Source: Ramazzottius varieornatus (lineage: Eukaryota > Animalia > Tardigrada). From it: a stretch of 64,000 bases of DNA. The notes under the pieces are model-generated. The model searched no databases and had not been told where the DNA came from. It was given only the letters and a program-made list of their open reading frames with translations. Numbering within the stretch: position 1 is the first letter of the stretch; each line of letters opens with the position of its first letter. The DNA is taken from contig BDGG01000009.1 of NCBI GenBank assembly GCA_001949185.1, forward strand, positions 1,415,624 through 1,479,623. The letters run 5' to 3'. The position numbers and the translations under genes were made by a program. This document shows positions 11,976-24,967 of the stretch, one piece after another.

Positions 11976-13272
11976 CTACGATTTCGCGGCTGAAGCTGAC
12001 AGTGCACTGAGTGGCGGCACTTGATCCATCGACCAGCCTGTCCATTTTTCACTAACTGCCCAAAGCCTCCTTGCCATTTCCTCATCCAGCGCTCTGTCCG
12101 AAGGTGCGGCTTCTTGGCAGTTACTAAAATATTTGCCGGAAACGCCCTCCAAGTCCGGACTAAGGGCGACATAGAGGGTCGTCTGGGCTCCTGCACGCGC
12201 ACTCTTCATGAAGAACCACATGATGGGCGCTGTAATGTAGGAAGTCATCGACTTGGCGAAGGACATGTTGCGGAAGAGCTCCGTGTACACTAGACCAGGA
12301 TGGACGGCGTTGACAGTGACGGAGGTACTTGCCAGTCTTGTGCTAAGCTGGCGGGTGAAAAGGACGTTAGCCAGCTTACTGGCGTTGTAAGCTGCTCCGG
12401 GGTCGTAGTCTTCGTCCCAGTTCAGGTTGGCAAAGTTCAGGTCGCCTCGATAATGTGCCGTGCTTGACAGAACCACGATACGGCTGGGCGAAGAAGCTTG
12501 GAGCTTACCAAGTAGCAACCCCGTCAGGAGAAAGTGCCCGAAATGGTTGACGCCCATCTGCTTTTCCAAACCATCCTGCAAAAGTGCCATAGATTACTCG
12601 TATCTCAACAGCAAAGGCGCTTCTCACCAGTCACACAGATCAACCTGAAGATTCATGTCATTATGCTGGGACAGATCAAGAAGTTAGAAGTGACTACTTG
12701 GAGGGGCGCACCCTGCATGTACTGCGTTCTTACCTTCGTTAGTTTCCTTTGCGGGTCTCTCATCGTTGCAGCATTATTAATAAGATAGTCTATCCTCTTC
12801 TCTGCTTGCATCGTTGCACCAAAGGCGCGAACGGATTCATGCGAGGCCAGATCAAGAAGTTCGCAGAGTATCTGGGGTTTCTTCTTGGCGTAATGGTTGA
12901 CATTGCCGAAGGGTTGGGCAGCCTTGGCAGCCAGATAGATCTCCCTCCTGGCCTTCTTACAGCGTTCCATATCCCGACATGCCAGTATAACTCTCGCACC
13001 GCGTTTCACGAACTCTTTCGCCGTTTCTTTTCCAATACCCGTATTAGCACCTGCAACAGACACCTGGAAAGTAGATCGGCATATAATGTAACATACAGCT
13101 TCACTTTTAACTAAGCGTAGACCGCCACTCACGTACCGGTGATGATCGCCGTCTTTCCGTCCAGATTTTCCCTTCCGCTGTATCGACATCCCTGTAAGAA
13201 CTCCTTGTAGCAGATGGTAGCGCCGAATGCCGTACCCACTCCACTGCATATCACGAAGAACCTATTGTTCAT
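11976..13272 (-). CDS. Retinol dehydrogenase 13-like short-chain dehydrogenase/reductase
   Basis: GKTAIITGANTGIGKETA, LINNA, GLEKQMGVNHFGHFLLT, YNASK (YxxxK), VNAVHPG, ARRLWAVSEKWTG; N-terminal hydrophobic anchor. Confidence 0.93.
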
Positions 13273-13720
13273 TTTGTTAAGAAGGAACAGAAAAAATCCA
13301 CCAAAATATTGAATAATGACCAATTTTAATCAGTTGTCAATCGTCACTTTGCGGAACCAGCGCGTGGAACCGATACGTCATTGAGCTACTGACCGAAGAA
13401 ACTATCACGTGACTACGGGTAAACTGCATTGGTACCACGTGACCGAATTCTCAAGCAGCATTACGTCACGGGCGTCCCAGATGGAGAGCAGAGACAGGAG
13501 GGCTGTGTCCGTCCCGTCGATTGTTGTTGACCTGCACATGGACGTTTTTGCATGGGAACTGCGCATGACCTCCTCCGCATCTTTCTCGTTATCCCCGCAT
13601 TCACGATTGGACGGGGAGGGTATTAGCGGACAGTTCCACGGCAGATCTGACTCGTAATCTGGACCAGGTTAGCTGGCGCTCGGCTGATTCAAGGGATCGA
13701 AAGGAGGATCGGAAGCAATC

Positions 13721-15462
13721 ATGACGTCTGACGAGCCCTCGGCCTCCTCGGTCCCTCTTCGGGAGAGTTCCCGAAAGGTACGACTGCATAATGTTCCGAA
13801 GAAGAAAAGTGTTTCTTCACTCTCTGTTGATTACAGCGAACTCCGAAGACGATGGGACCGGACTTTGTGGACTACTCGACGGGATCTTATCGGATAAAGA
13901 CAGAAGAAAAGAAAGTTACTCTCTCAAAGTCCACAGCCATGCTGGAAAAAGCACAACCGAAAAAACTAACACGATCTTTGTCGTCCAGTTCGGAAAGTAT
14001 TGCGAAGACGTCCAAAAAGTTGACCAGTATCCTGACACGGGCAATCGGTAAAAGAGAACCGACCATCGCTGTTGCGCCTGTTGTGGTGACCAAGAGACCT
14101 GCTGTCAAGCCCGACGGATGCCTAGAATGTCTCAAGATGGGACTGGAGGAGGAAGCCTACGCCGGGCAACACTTGATGACACACTGCAGCCAACTCGGCT
14201 GCCATTATGCTGGTATGGGTTTCCTTGCATAATGTCCCAAAAAACTGCCGAAATAACATTCGGCATACTCGTCATGGGTATTTCGGTTGATTCTTGATTG
14301 ATTAACTGTATTTCATTCTTCTTTTGCAGTTCACAAGGAATGTTCCCCGTATCCTCCAATAGCAGACACGTCCAAATTTGTCTGTATGCAATGCAGCAAA
14401 TGTGAGGCTTGTCAACAGGATGCATTGAATGTTGACGAGGTGAGTCGGGACTGTTTTCTTCGGACACGTCTACATAAGACTGCTGAGTGGACAGTGGCTT
14501 GCAAATTTGATTGTTTTGTAGGACCTGATGTGTCGGCGATGCTACAAGCCCTACCACAAAATCTGCTCCGGACAAGAATCAAAGAAAGCGTCGCGCGCTG
14601 GGTCTCCAGCATCGCTATCTTCCGAGGATGTTCGGAAAAGTAAGCCTGTCTTGTACGGTCCCCCTGTAGGTCCATTACACTAACGCCGCTTCCCCGTTGC
14701 AGTCTGGACCTGCTCGAAATGCGTCACTTCCAGGAAACGACTGAAAAGAAAGAAACAGCGCCGCGCTGAGGAGAAGACTACGCCTCTGGGAAACTCTAAG
14801 CATGGAGATTCACAAGGTACGAGCCTGTCCAGCCGCTATACGGTGGGTACGAACACATCAGCTTGAAATGAGGCTCTTGTTTTGCAGCGGCGGATGCATC
14901 GCATGAGAAGGTTACGCAGCGGAAAAGAAAACGAAGTGATGACGTGAGGTATCTTGGTCTCCGCGATCCAGTACTATTAAGATTCTCGCAATAATGTTTG
15001 TGTTTGTGATAGCGCTAAAGTTACCGAGTTCGCGGACGAGATCATTCCTGAGCCGAAAGCAGGCTCGCTGTGGAGGATGGAGCTGGCGCGCAAAGCTGTC
15101 CGCGGGGTCATTCCTTTGCCGCTGAACGACGTACAGGAAGAAAAGCGGACAAGATGTCTGGAGGAAGACCGCGAACTGCGGCAGGACATGGTCTTGTGGT
15201 CCGTCGACCAGTGCGCCTCCTTCTTCCAAGATTCCAACCCGCAACTGGCCCAACTAATAACCAAACATGTAATTGCTTCATGATAGACCAGCGTTGCTGA
15301 AGGAGGTTCCTCATATTATACTTTCCTTCCATGCAGGAACTGATGGGATCGGCCCTGGTACTGATATCGCGGACGCAGTTCTTGGACTTGTTCGGTCTGC
15401 CGATCGGGACAGCGCTCAACCTGCATGCCGAGGTTTGCCGAACGCGGAGGCTCTTCTTCTAA
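13721..15462 (+). CDS. Double PHD finger + C-terminal SAM domain protein (atherin/SAMD1-like)
   Basis: PHD fingers: CLEC..HCSQLGCHYA|VHKEC..FVCMQCSKCEAC..CRRCYKPYHKIC..WTCSKC. SAM: WSVDQCASFF..QLITKH|ELMGSALVLISRTQFLDLFGLPIGTALNLHAEV. Confidence 0.8.
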
Positions 15463-16148
15463 GGTTACTCGTAAGCCTTTCTCCTGCGTTTTGCTTTTGA
15501 GCAGTAACTTCAACAGGTCATGCTTTTTACGCTTGTTGGCGCAGAACTTTGCTCATGTCTTATCAATTCGATTTTTTGTTTCTTTTGACACTTTTATGAC
15601 AGTGGGGAACGGCCTTAACTTCCCGGGTCCGTCCAGTCCGGCTTTTCTCTCTTTGGGGATGAGCAGAACCTTGTGAAGCTTACTAGATGTTTTGGGTCGC
15701 ATTGGGCTTTTGCTTGCCTGATCCCAGGTACCTCGTACCCTCAACTTGATGGAAAATAGGGCACCATCGATCTAAGTCGCTCTTATCGCTTTGCTGCACT
15801 TAATTATAATGGTCTAGGTGGTTGGTGCCCGGTGGGAAAGATCAGCATGAAGGAGTAAAGGTGAAGCGGCTGTCTCTTCCTCTTTTTCCTTTTCCGTATA
15901 ATTGTATCGATTTTTCTCTATTGCCACGTACTGAGTCATATGGACGTTTTGTTATCGATCAGTCGTTCCAGGTTATCGGACACAGTCATTGCAATTTTTC
16001 AGGTAGTTTGATGCTTGTTGGATAACGGTTGGAGAAGTTTAGCATTCGCAATCCCAGAGCTCAACTTTGGATGAGGCATTTCCTGTGAAGTTCGTCCGGT
16101 AAAAACTGTTCTGTAAGAGGTCGTTGTGACACAACTGCCTGCGGTTCC

Positions 16149-18756
16149 ATGTTGTCCCATGACAGTCTTGCTGAGGGAAGCTTCCAGCACAACGGACAAA
16201 ACTACCGCATAGGTCACAAGAGCCGTTCCGCCAACTTGCAGCACCAGCACAGTGCGCCAGCTACTTCGGTATGTCATGCAACAGCAGTGCCGTCCAGCCC
16301 AATGGCCATTTGTTATGTCTCTATCAGAGGGCTTTCCTCAGTCTGTTGGTCCTACTATGTCATTTTCTTTACTAGAAGCGGGATGGAAACGGACATAGCC
16401 AGGGATCGGTGGCTGGCTCGGTCAGTGCCAGCTACTCCGGAGATGAGGACACACCTCGAACTTCCGCCTCCGAAAGGCACAAAGTTCAGAGCGACCATGC
16501 ATTAGCCAGGACAGTCAGCGCGCACGCTCCACTAATTGGTTCTTCCTACGAGGTAACGTAGCTCTATTTTTACTACTACATAGAAAGCCATAACGTCAAG
16601 TGCTTCTGCAGATCGCAGCACTGAGGAAACATGTCAAGATTCTGGAGGAGCGCCTGCGAGCCGAACGTCATACTCATGCAGTCAAGTTCTCCGAGGTCGA
16701 AAAGCAACTCATCCAGGAAAATGCCCGACTAAAGGTGTAGATATGCTCACTTTGCTGCTATAGGACTTGTGCCGCAACTTCTAGCTTAGAAGGAATGACT
16801 GTCATGATGGATTTTCATCGCATTGTTCTGCCATCTTAATATACTGGTAGGTCTCGACGAGCGCTCTTCAGCGACAAATAAAGCGCGAGGAGCAGAAAAA
16901 TGCCGATAACGAGGCCGAACTGTCAAAGCTCCGCAAAGAAAGAAAAAGCCGATTCTCCCTCAGCGGTATTACCCGAAGCTTCAGTGATGTCCGTCTGGAA
17001 GATATAGAAATGCAGGTCGGTGTCGCCCTTCGGGTAACCGTATTATTACTCTTCAGGCACGATATATATACAGCGTGCTCGAGGAAACAGAAAGTTTAAA
17101 GTGCCGACCGTTATGCAAGCTGACTTTCTTGTCGTTCCACAGGAGTCAAGTCTGAAGCGTAAAAACACTGACTCGGAAGTTGTTCGAATGATCAAAGAGA
17201 GACTACAAGATTCGGAAAAGGATCGGCTGGAAGCCGAAGGCGTCTTTAACCAGTAAAGAACCTTGCCCTATACTGGCCGATAATATTTGCCAGCTAGACA
17301 AATTTGCAGAACGTTTTTGAATTTCAGGCGCATATCCACCTTGTTGCGAGAAAGAAACGTACAGCGGACCGAGATGCAAAGTGCTGAAGAGGCTATGGCC
17401 AAGCTGACGTCCGAGAACGAAGCGCTGCACAGATCGGCGGCGGAACTGCGTACTTACATCGCCAACATCGACCCAAGCCTACAAAGTCAAGGCGATTCCC
17501 TCCAGATGGCCAACCTTCGACGTTCCAACCAGCAGCTACAAGAAGAGCTGCAGCAATTCGTCCGCGAAAGGAACAAGTTGGTTGTCGAGCTGGAAGACCT
17601 CTCTGAAGAGTTGACACTGGCCAAAGCTAACGACCGACAAAACAAGGAACAACATCATTTGCTGGTCGAGATGAAGAGTAAAGTCGACAGTCTGCGCAAC
17701 AACATGGTTCCCTCTGACCGGCACAATGGCCTGTCCCCTGTCACTGCCACTACGTCACGGACTAAGACAGTCCATAACGGGCCTTCTTTTAGTCCATCCA
17801 CAAGCAGGGAAGTAGATTTGGTGCTGGAGGCAACCACCCGAGAACTGGGGGAAACACGTAACCAGCTAGCCTCCATTCTCGAGCTTAGCCAACGCTACGA
17901 GCTGCACTGTTACAATCTGGAGAAAGAACTGAGCAAGTTTTACGGCAAGAACTACCAGTACGTGGAAACAGGCTGGAGGAAGAAAGACAGGAGCTTCCTG
18001 GAGAAACTTAGCCAAACGGTCAAGAAAGGCAAGGCTCAGCACCTTAACTCAAACACCGTCCAAGTCCACACGTCCAGCAAACCGAAAACGCTCTCGGCCC
18101 AGTCGACGCAGACCGAGGCAGTGCCACTTAGCGAGCCGCTCAACCTGACGAGAAACTCATCCAGTCGGAATGCGCAGATGGAAGAACTGCTGAAGAAAGT
18201 CAACTCGATCATCGAGTTGATAGACAAGATGTCGCCCAATACTAGTCCGTTGGACGGTCGAAGGCGGGCTGTCCAAGGCCAAGCCATAGCCCAGGCTGTT
18301 GACGACCTCCTGACTTCCCTTCGGGATGGTCAGTCTAACGGCGCCAGCCTCGACCTCGCCAAGCTGAATGAAGCCCGCCTGGAAGTACAGGCCTTGCAAA
18401 GAGCTATCACAGAACTGCAAGCACACAACGACTTTTTGCGAGCGGAAGTAGGGCGCTTGACGACTGCTGTGAAGACGGCGGAAGATGCCGATAGTCAGTT
18501 CGACGACGAAGACACGCCCATCACACAGGCCGAAGTGGAAGAAAAGATCAGGCAAGTTCGAAGCCAACTGGTGGAGAGCGTCAAGAGCAAAAACAGCGGC
18601 TTATTACCGGCAAATGTTCTGTCGGGTTTCTATCAGTCGCCATTGACGGACTATACGGCCAAAACTTCCGGTGTATGGTCCTACAGCGAGTCCAACTCTT
18701 CCAACGGCGAAGACGTTAACTCACCCATCAAAACACCGTTGCCGTTACGAGTCTAG
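16149..18756 (+). CDS. Long coiled-coil protein, uncharacterised (multi-exon, large last exon)
   Basis: A 489-aa ORF with heptad-rich segments joins upstream exons in frame (IAALRKHVKILEERL.., ESSLKRK..). Confidence 0.75.
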
Positions 18757-18988
18757 CAAGACCTCTTCCTTCTGGTCATTTATGGGCTGAATAATACTTT
18801 GTCAGTATTGGTCACTCTTTCCCAGTCGTAAAAATCTTCTGAAATACTAGGAAGAACTCTGAAACATGTCTTTTCTAATTGTACAGAATAAAACATTTGA
18901 AAACAGGGATTACAAAGGAGCTGCTTGTAAAAATCACAATAAAATCTGGAGAGGGGAAAAGGCTACGGAATCTACATTCTGCGTCGAG

Positions 18989-19948
18989 CTACGAACTGAG
19001 TTCGTAGCGGTTGTTCTTGACGAGATCAACCAGGAATTTACTACAAAAAAACCAAGGGGCGTGGGTCACTACAGTCTCAGGCATGAAAAGACGAGGCAAG
19101 GAAAACTTACTCTGTACTGTATTGGCTCTTGCCTGGCCGCGTAATCTTCTGCAGCTTTTCCGCTGCTTTATTCTCCCACTTGATCTGGTCCACCTGCGCC
19201 ATCTTTGGTGCGGACCCAGCGCATCCCCACACCTACAGCCAGACAATAAGCGTAAAATAAATAAAAGTCAACAAGGGAAAGAAGAACAGTTGGGCGAGCG
19301 CTATAAAGACTTGGGGAGAAGAATGACACTAACCAACCTCGGCGCACAGCAGTTTGTCCGGGGTCTCCGGCCATATTTCACATGTGCTGAAATCTGAGTC
19401 AATCTTGATCAGCGGCCTCTCGGCGTCTCTGCCCAGCAAGATACCTTTATACCAGCCGCGTGCATTGGCATTCAAGTACGCCAAGTTTGATCCACCTATA
19501 AAGTGTCAACGCTTGCGAGTTAGCGGATGCGGAAAACCGCGACAGACGGCTGACTGTAACTTCCTCCTTGTTGAATGTCACACTAGCTGCAGATACCACG
19601 CCAAAAAAATGGCTAACAATGGGCTACTTACTATCCAGACGCTTGAAGTGTGGTTTTAGTTGAAGCAGCACCGAATCTGATCCGCCCCACCGGTTCGGAC
19701 TTTCCCTACAATAGCACACAACGACGGTTTTTTTCCCTACTGTGACCAATACATGGCTTCAATCTCATAATGTAATCAGTCATGTCAAATTACCTCCATT
19801 CAATGTCCACTGCCAGGCAGTAAGACAGACCAGACTCAAAGACGAAAATGGAGACGGTGGGGCCGGAGTAATGAAAGGTGTGATGCATCAGTCGGTTGAA
19901 GGCATGTCCGTGCTTATCACTAATGACGAAGAAAAGGTGTTAGTGACT

Positions 19949-19986
<38 letters not shown>

Positions 19987-22051
19987 CTTTCCCACCTGTT
20001 GTACAGCAAGGTCCAGGTTGTCAGGTTGGAGGCTGAGACCAGTTGCTGGATAAACTGATGCGGACTCATGGTGGAAAAGGACGAGGAGGTGGGGAAGTGG
20101 GGGCTACTGGGTGGGCGGGAGAGAGAGCGGACACTGTAACTACAGGCCAGATCGTCCATTGTCATCTCCGCCTCTTTCTTCTTCATGTAGCATGATGGTA
20201 GGGCGCATGACAAGAACCACAGCAGAGCCACACAGCTCAACTGCAGGTATCTGTCTTGTTCATCCAGAACCTACAAATACGCACGAAGTATCATCAGACA
20301 TGACTTCCAAGATGGGATATAGACCAACAAGTACCGGTAAAGCCTCGTCCTCCAGCTGGGACAGAGCTCTGTCATTGGGCTGACCGCTGCAGGCCACCAG
20401 CGACTGTACAACGTAGTGATGAAGACCACGCAGAAGATGCAGCTCATTCTCCCAGCTCCACCTTTGGAAGCGCGACACTTCAATTTTCGATGAACCCTTG
20501 ACATCCTAGATTATGGCTAGAATCGTACGTGCACTAATGACAAGAGCAATGAGAAAGAAATTACTGAATAGACGAAAAGCATACCAATGAGCGAATCAAG
20601 GAATGGAGAACTTGCTGGTCAGCATCGGTGATGAGCTGGGAAAGACCGGTCGCTGAGCAGGCAATTTTCACGGTCGTGACCAGCAACAGAAGCATTTCTG
20701 CAAATAGGCAAAGATGAAGATACACCTGACTGCACATTATTATCCTCGCTAAATTTACCATCTTCGTTAAGGGTGTCAGCGCCTTTGGAGAAAACTCTGA
20801 AGTAAAAGTCGGCCTGTTGGGTGTCGGAGTTGAGGGCCAGTACTGTAGTCATGTTATCGACAAAGACGGAGTGCGTCATGACGGAAGGGTCCTTGTCTCG
20901 ACCCTGGCTGGGACTGCGGGACTTGAAGTGCTGGAAGAGGAGAGAACCCAGGAAGGAAGCAGTAGGGTACATTTGGTTCTCAAAGGCCGATCTCGTGATC
21001 AGGCCATCGTTGACAGATCCAGCCTCCACTTCCTCTCCTGTCGCCAGCGCGTTCGACAGGTTCGTCCATTTCTGCAAGGAAAAAAAACACCACATACTGT
21101 AGATAACTCAGCGTGTCCAACTAGCTTAGAGGAAAATTGCACACGGAAATGTCCTACGTTAAAGGATGGATACCATAGGATACCTTTGCCGTTTTCTGAG
21201 AGCAAACAAGGCTCGATGACTGCCGTGGGCGAAACTTATCGCGAAAGCTCTGAATACCCCTCATCCACGACTTGTCCATTGCACAGTTCGAATTTCAAGA
21301 ATATCAGGTAGTAACAAAACAGCACAGCTATTATATTTGCATCTGAAGCAATTAAACTGAACCGTGTTCACTCCGACTATACATAATCAACCCTCGGAAA
21401 AGATTTCCGATTCGTACATCCGCCTCGCATCAAGTTAAGTATATTAATAAAACACTACAAGAAAAAGACCGACTTGCGGGGTACTAGATATGATCTAGCT
21501 GAACGACTTTCTGGGTCATGCGGGGAGACTCTAGAGACAAAACATGCACATGCAGGAAGAAACTTGACATGAAAAAGAGTGATGATGTTTTGCAGCTACT
21601 GTATTTGAAGAACCTGCTTGCTGCATACGTCTGAAAGACACATTTGTAGCACATTGAAAACACATTGGCTTGCATGTCTATGGCTCCTTCAGCTGTCACA
21701 AGCACAACTTATTGTTACGAAGAAACCGTCGCATATTACAAAGCAAAAACTGCCTCCCTAAGCCGTAATCGTTTTATTCTGTCACGCCTCGCGGCTATAA
21801 GCGCTAATAAAGACTATCGACAGAAGCCAGCCTCTGCTTGATGTGGGGTCTGCTGCCGCTCTGCTGCCTGACAGGTAGGCACCATCGTAACGTGACAGGC
21901 ATAAAGACGTGCAACGTCTACTTACTTGGGCTAATGTCAAAAGGTCCGAACGAAGATCCACTTGGTTGGCGGATGGTATTTCCACCGAGCAGCTCTTCCG
22001 CAGTCCTCTGTCCCGCTTCCTTCTTCTACCAGATGAAGGATTGTTTCCCAT
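18989..22051 (-). CDS. TLDc-domain protein with an N-myristoylation motif (MEAK7/TLDC-like)
   Basis: Starts MGNNPSS. Contains LLWFLSCALP..WTLLYNS|DKHGHAFNRLMHHTFHYSGPT..YCLAVDIEWR..LAYLN..EVWGCAG..QIKWENK..DKFLVDLV. Confidence 0.85.
19950..19983. repeat. (AG)17 microsatellite in a TLDc gene intron
   Basis: Perfect dinucleotide run. Confidence 0.97.
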
Positions 22052-22670
22052 CGCTTCCGGATGTCCCTTTCGCTGATTTCCTTTACAGAATGGCATCAAT
22101 ACGTTACGAAAGCCGAAAAGCACAAGTTTGTTATGTAACGTCATCATATAGCGAAGCAACAGGTGGACTTACTGTACTAGTACTTGGCACTTCTTTCTGA
22201 TGTCGAGACAGAGGCAGATACACATTAGCAGCTCAGGCCTCGCTCTAGTCGACGACACAGACTGGCTGGACTTCCTGGTGGCCAGAAGAAGATGGTAGCG
22301 CTGAATATTCGTGGGTACTTTCGTCAACCTCAGGATGAAAAATTACTAACCGATTTCCGGTATGAAAGCAGTAGGCTCGAAGACGTGCACTCTGAACAAG
22401 TTCCGTAGACAACAGAGTCCCGTGGAAGTTGGGTCGAAGCTGCATGTATCCGGGAGTTGAAGGAATGCTGGCCAGCAGGATCACCAAGCTGCTCGACTTT
22501 CGCTCACAATCACGTGGGATACTTGTAAACAGATGATTCGAAATGAAGCTGCTAGAGGGGCCTTATGTCAAGTGTCAAGTTGTGTGTATAAACAGGATTT
22601 ATGCAGACAGTGGTATGACATGTCATGACATGTCATGACATGACTTACGCTGTGTAAACTCAATGGATAT

Positions 22671-22892
22671 TAGACTATTTGCGATTTAAGCTTCAGCTTG
22701 TCACGCTAAATCTTCTTATGACAAAACATGTTACGCCAAAGTTTAACTAGCTGCACACGCCGGTTTCCACAAACCATGCATGTCACACTATTGGGCAATT
22801 GGTTAACTCCGCCTAAGGGGCATTTACCGTGACATACTTTACCGTAACAAGATTTGGCGAGACAAGCTAAAGCTAAAATCGCAAACAGTCTA
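22671..22892. mobile_element. MITE-like element (~220 bp, ~65-70 bp imperfect TIRs, TA-flanked)
   Basis: tagactatttgcgatttaagcttcagcttgtcacgctaaatctt matches the reverse complement of aagatttggcgagacaagctaaagctaaaatcgcaaacagtcta. Confidence 0.75.
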
Positions 22893-23052
22893 CTACAATT
22901 ACATGGATTACGGAATGATTTGAATTCTGAGATCCTGATGAGCTTTTCCGTTACATCCGCGGTTCACTCTGGAGTTCAAACTGTGGGGAGAAACCTTGCA
23001 CCTGTATTCTAGGGATTAGCCAGCGTGTGCAACCTTCTAGGCGTATGGGAAG

Positions 23053-23760
23053 ATGGCGGGAGCGGAATGCACGGTGTGTTCAGGGACGGGAGCTCGCTAC
23101 AAATGCCCGCGCTGCTTGGCTAGATAGTAAGTCTATAACCATATGGTCCATCAACTACTTCATAATGGTGAAGCAAACTTCGCGTCCACGACCATCCTAT
23201 CTCTTGTTGAAGTTGCTCCGTAGCTTGCTTCAAGCGTCATAAAGAAGATCTATGCGAACATCCAGCCGAGAACGGACTAAGCATTTCTCCACCATCGCCG
23301 TTTGTTACGACTCACCCCTCGACCACGGACCACCAGCAACACCAGCATGTTGCCCCCGCATCTTCCCCTGTGATCTCAACAACTGCCGAAAATCTCTCGA
23401 AAGAAGTGGATAAGGCCAACAGGATTGAACGACTCCTTAGGGACATCCCCGAAGAAAGCAGGCTTCGGAAAAGCGCGTTGGAATGTTTAGGTATGTTTAT
23501 CATTCTTTCTCCTGACATAAGATTTTGCATACGAGATGATCAAAAGCGACAAGGGAAATTCTCCGGTACTTCCAGGTTCTTCAGAGGTGGCGGGAAAGCT
23601 GTCCGACCCGACCACGAGAAGCTTTATCGCCAATGTGATGGAAAGTAGAGATAGGAGAGAAGCCCATGAGCGGCTTCGCGGTTTCATATCGCAGTCCCCC
23701 GCCTTCTCCGACTTCTCGTCCTCCTGCTTAAACCTTGTCAATAAAAGAGACGATACGTGA
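23053..23760 (+). CDS. ZNHIT3: Zinc finger HIT domain-containing protein 3 (Hit1/TRIP3)
   Basis: zf-HIT: CTVCSGTGARYKCPRCLARY|CSVACFKRHK. C-terminal domain: GSSEVAGKLSDPTTRSFI..PAFSDFSSSCLNLV (cf. EPLFVEFADCCLGIV). Confidence 0.9.
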
Positions 23761-23897
23761 ATGTCTGGCGGAAGATTGTGAGACAGACGTTGGACCAACT
23801 GCCGGTATCGATGTTTAGTAGTCTTTCTGGTCGCTGAGCTCACTGACAGTGACACACACCTCGCCTGTCATTGATACAGCGAGAGTTTTAGAGAAAT

Positions 23898-24967
23898 TCA
23901 AGACTGTAGACCGACATCGAAATTGATGGCCCCGGCTTTTCTGGATTCTAAGAAGGCCAGACGTTCTTCCGTATCGTAAGCGGTCATTTTAACGGCAGGA
24001 ATAGTCAGCATTCTGTCCATCCATGCCAGGATTTTGGGGTGATGCTCAGGGGAGAACCTTATAGCAGCGATCCTCTGGATAGCTGGTAGGCGTTCGAACC
24101 AGGGCCACACCATCAGGTCGACGAAACCACACTCTCCACCTGCAAATGTAGCGCTTTCCTAGTCATCATACCAGACGACAGTAACCCGCCTAGCTGACAT
24201 GACGAGGTGCAACACGAGCATGACGTACCGGACCAATAGTCCGTCTGTAGGAGCTCTTCCACCTTATCCAACCCACCCTCCACCGTCTTCTTGGCATCAG
24301 GATTGCCTTCCAAAACAGTGTGGTTGTATGATGCCTGCAGAGTAATATACAGATAGGATACCATAACTATGGGGAAATCAAAGAACAGAAGAAGGTATCT
24401 TGTACTGTGCCAATGACGAGTTCGATCAGTTGCTTTTGGACTGCCCGTTGGTAAGGATCAGCCGGAAGTAGTGGACGTTGGTCGTGGTACCTGTCCTCAA
24501 TGTACTCTGCTACAACCAGCGACTCGTAGACGATGCTGCCGTCGGGTTCTTCCAGACAAGGCACTTTGCCCAGTGGGTTCTTCTTGTAGTACCATTCGGG
24601 TCTGTCTCGGATGTGGATGTTGACGATGTTGAAGCTGTAAACAATCGTCGTTCCGTCAGACAGAACGTTATGTGAGTTCATCACGTCGAGTCAGGTTCGA
24701 TAAGAGTTTTGAGCTTTTGAATGCACTGACGGAATTTGCTTGTAGTTGAGAAGAAGTCGAACACGCTCCGAAAAGGGGGAGAAACGCAGGGAGTATACCG
24801 TCAGGTAACCATTGTCGAACTTTGGTTGCGTCGAGCCTGAAAGAGATGAACCGGAAGAATTAGTTTTTCACATAGCGATTTAGATGTTGGCATGTTCTGT
24901 GCTGGGTATCTCTTGCCAGCAAATTACCTGCTCTCAAATGAATTATGCTGTCCTGCTTCGGCGCCAT
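23898..24967 (-). CDS. Glutathione S-transferase omega-class, active-site Cys replaced by Ser
   Basis: YSLRFSPFSERVRLLL (cf. YSMRFCPFAERTRLVL), PEWYYKKNPLGKVPCLE, YESLVVAEYIED, LLPADPYQRAVQK, DLMVWPWFERL. Confidence 0.93.
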
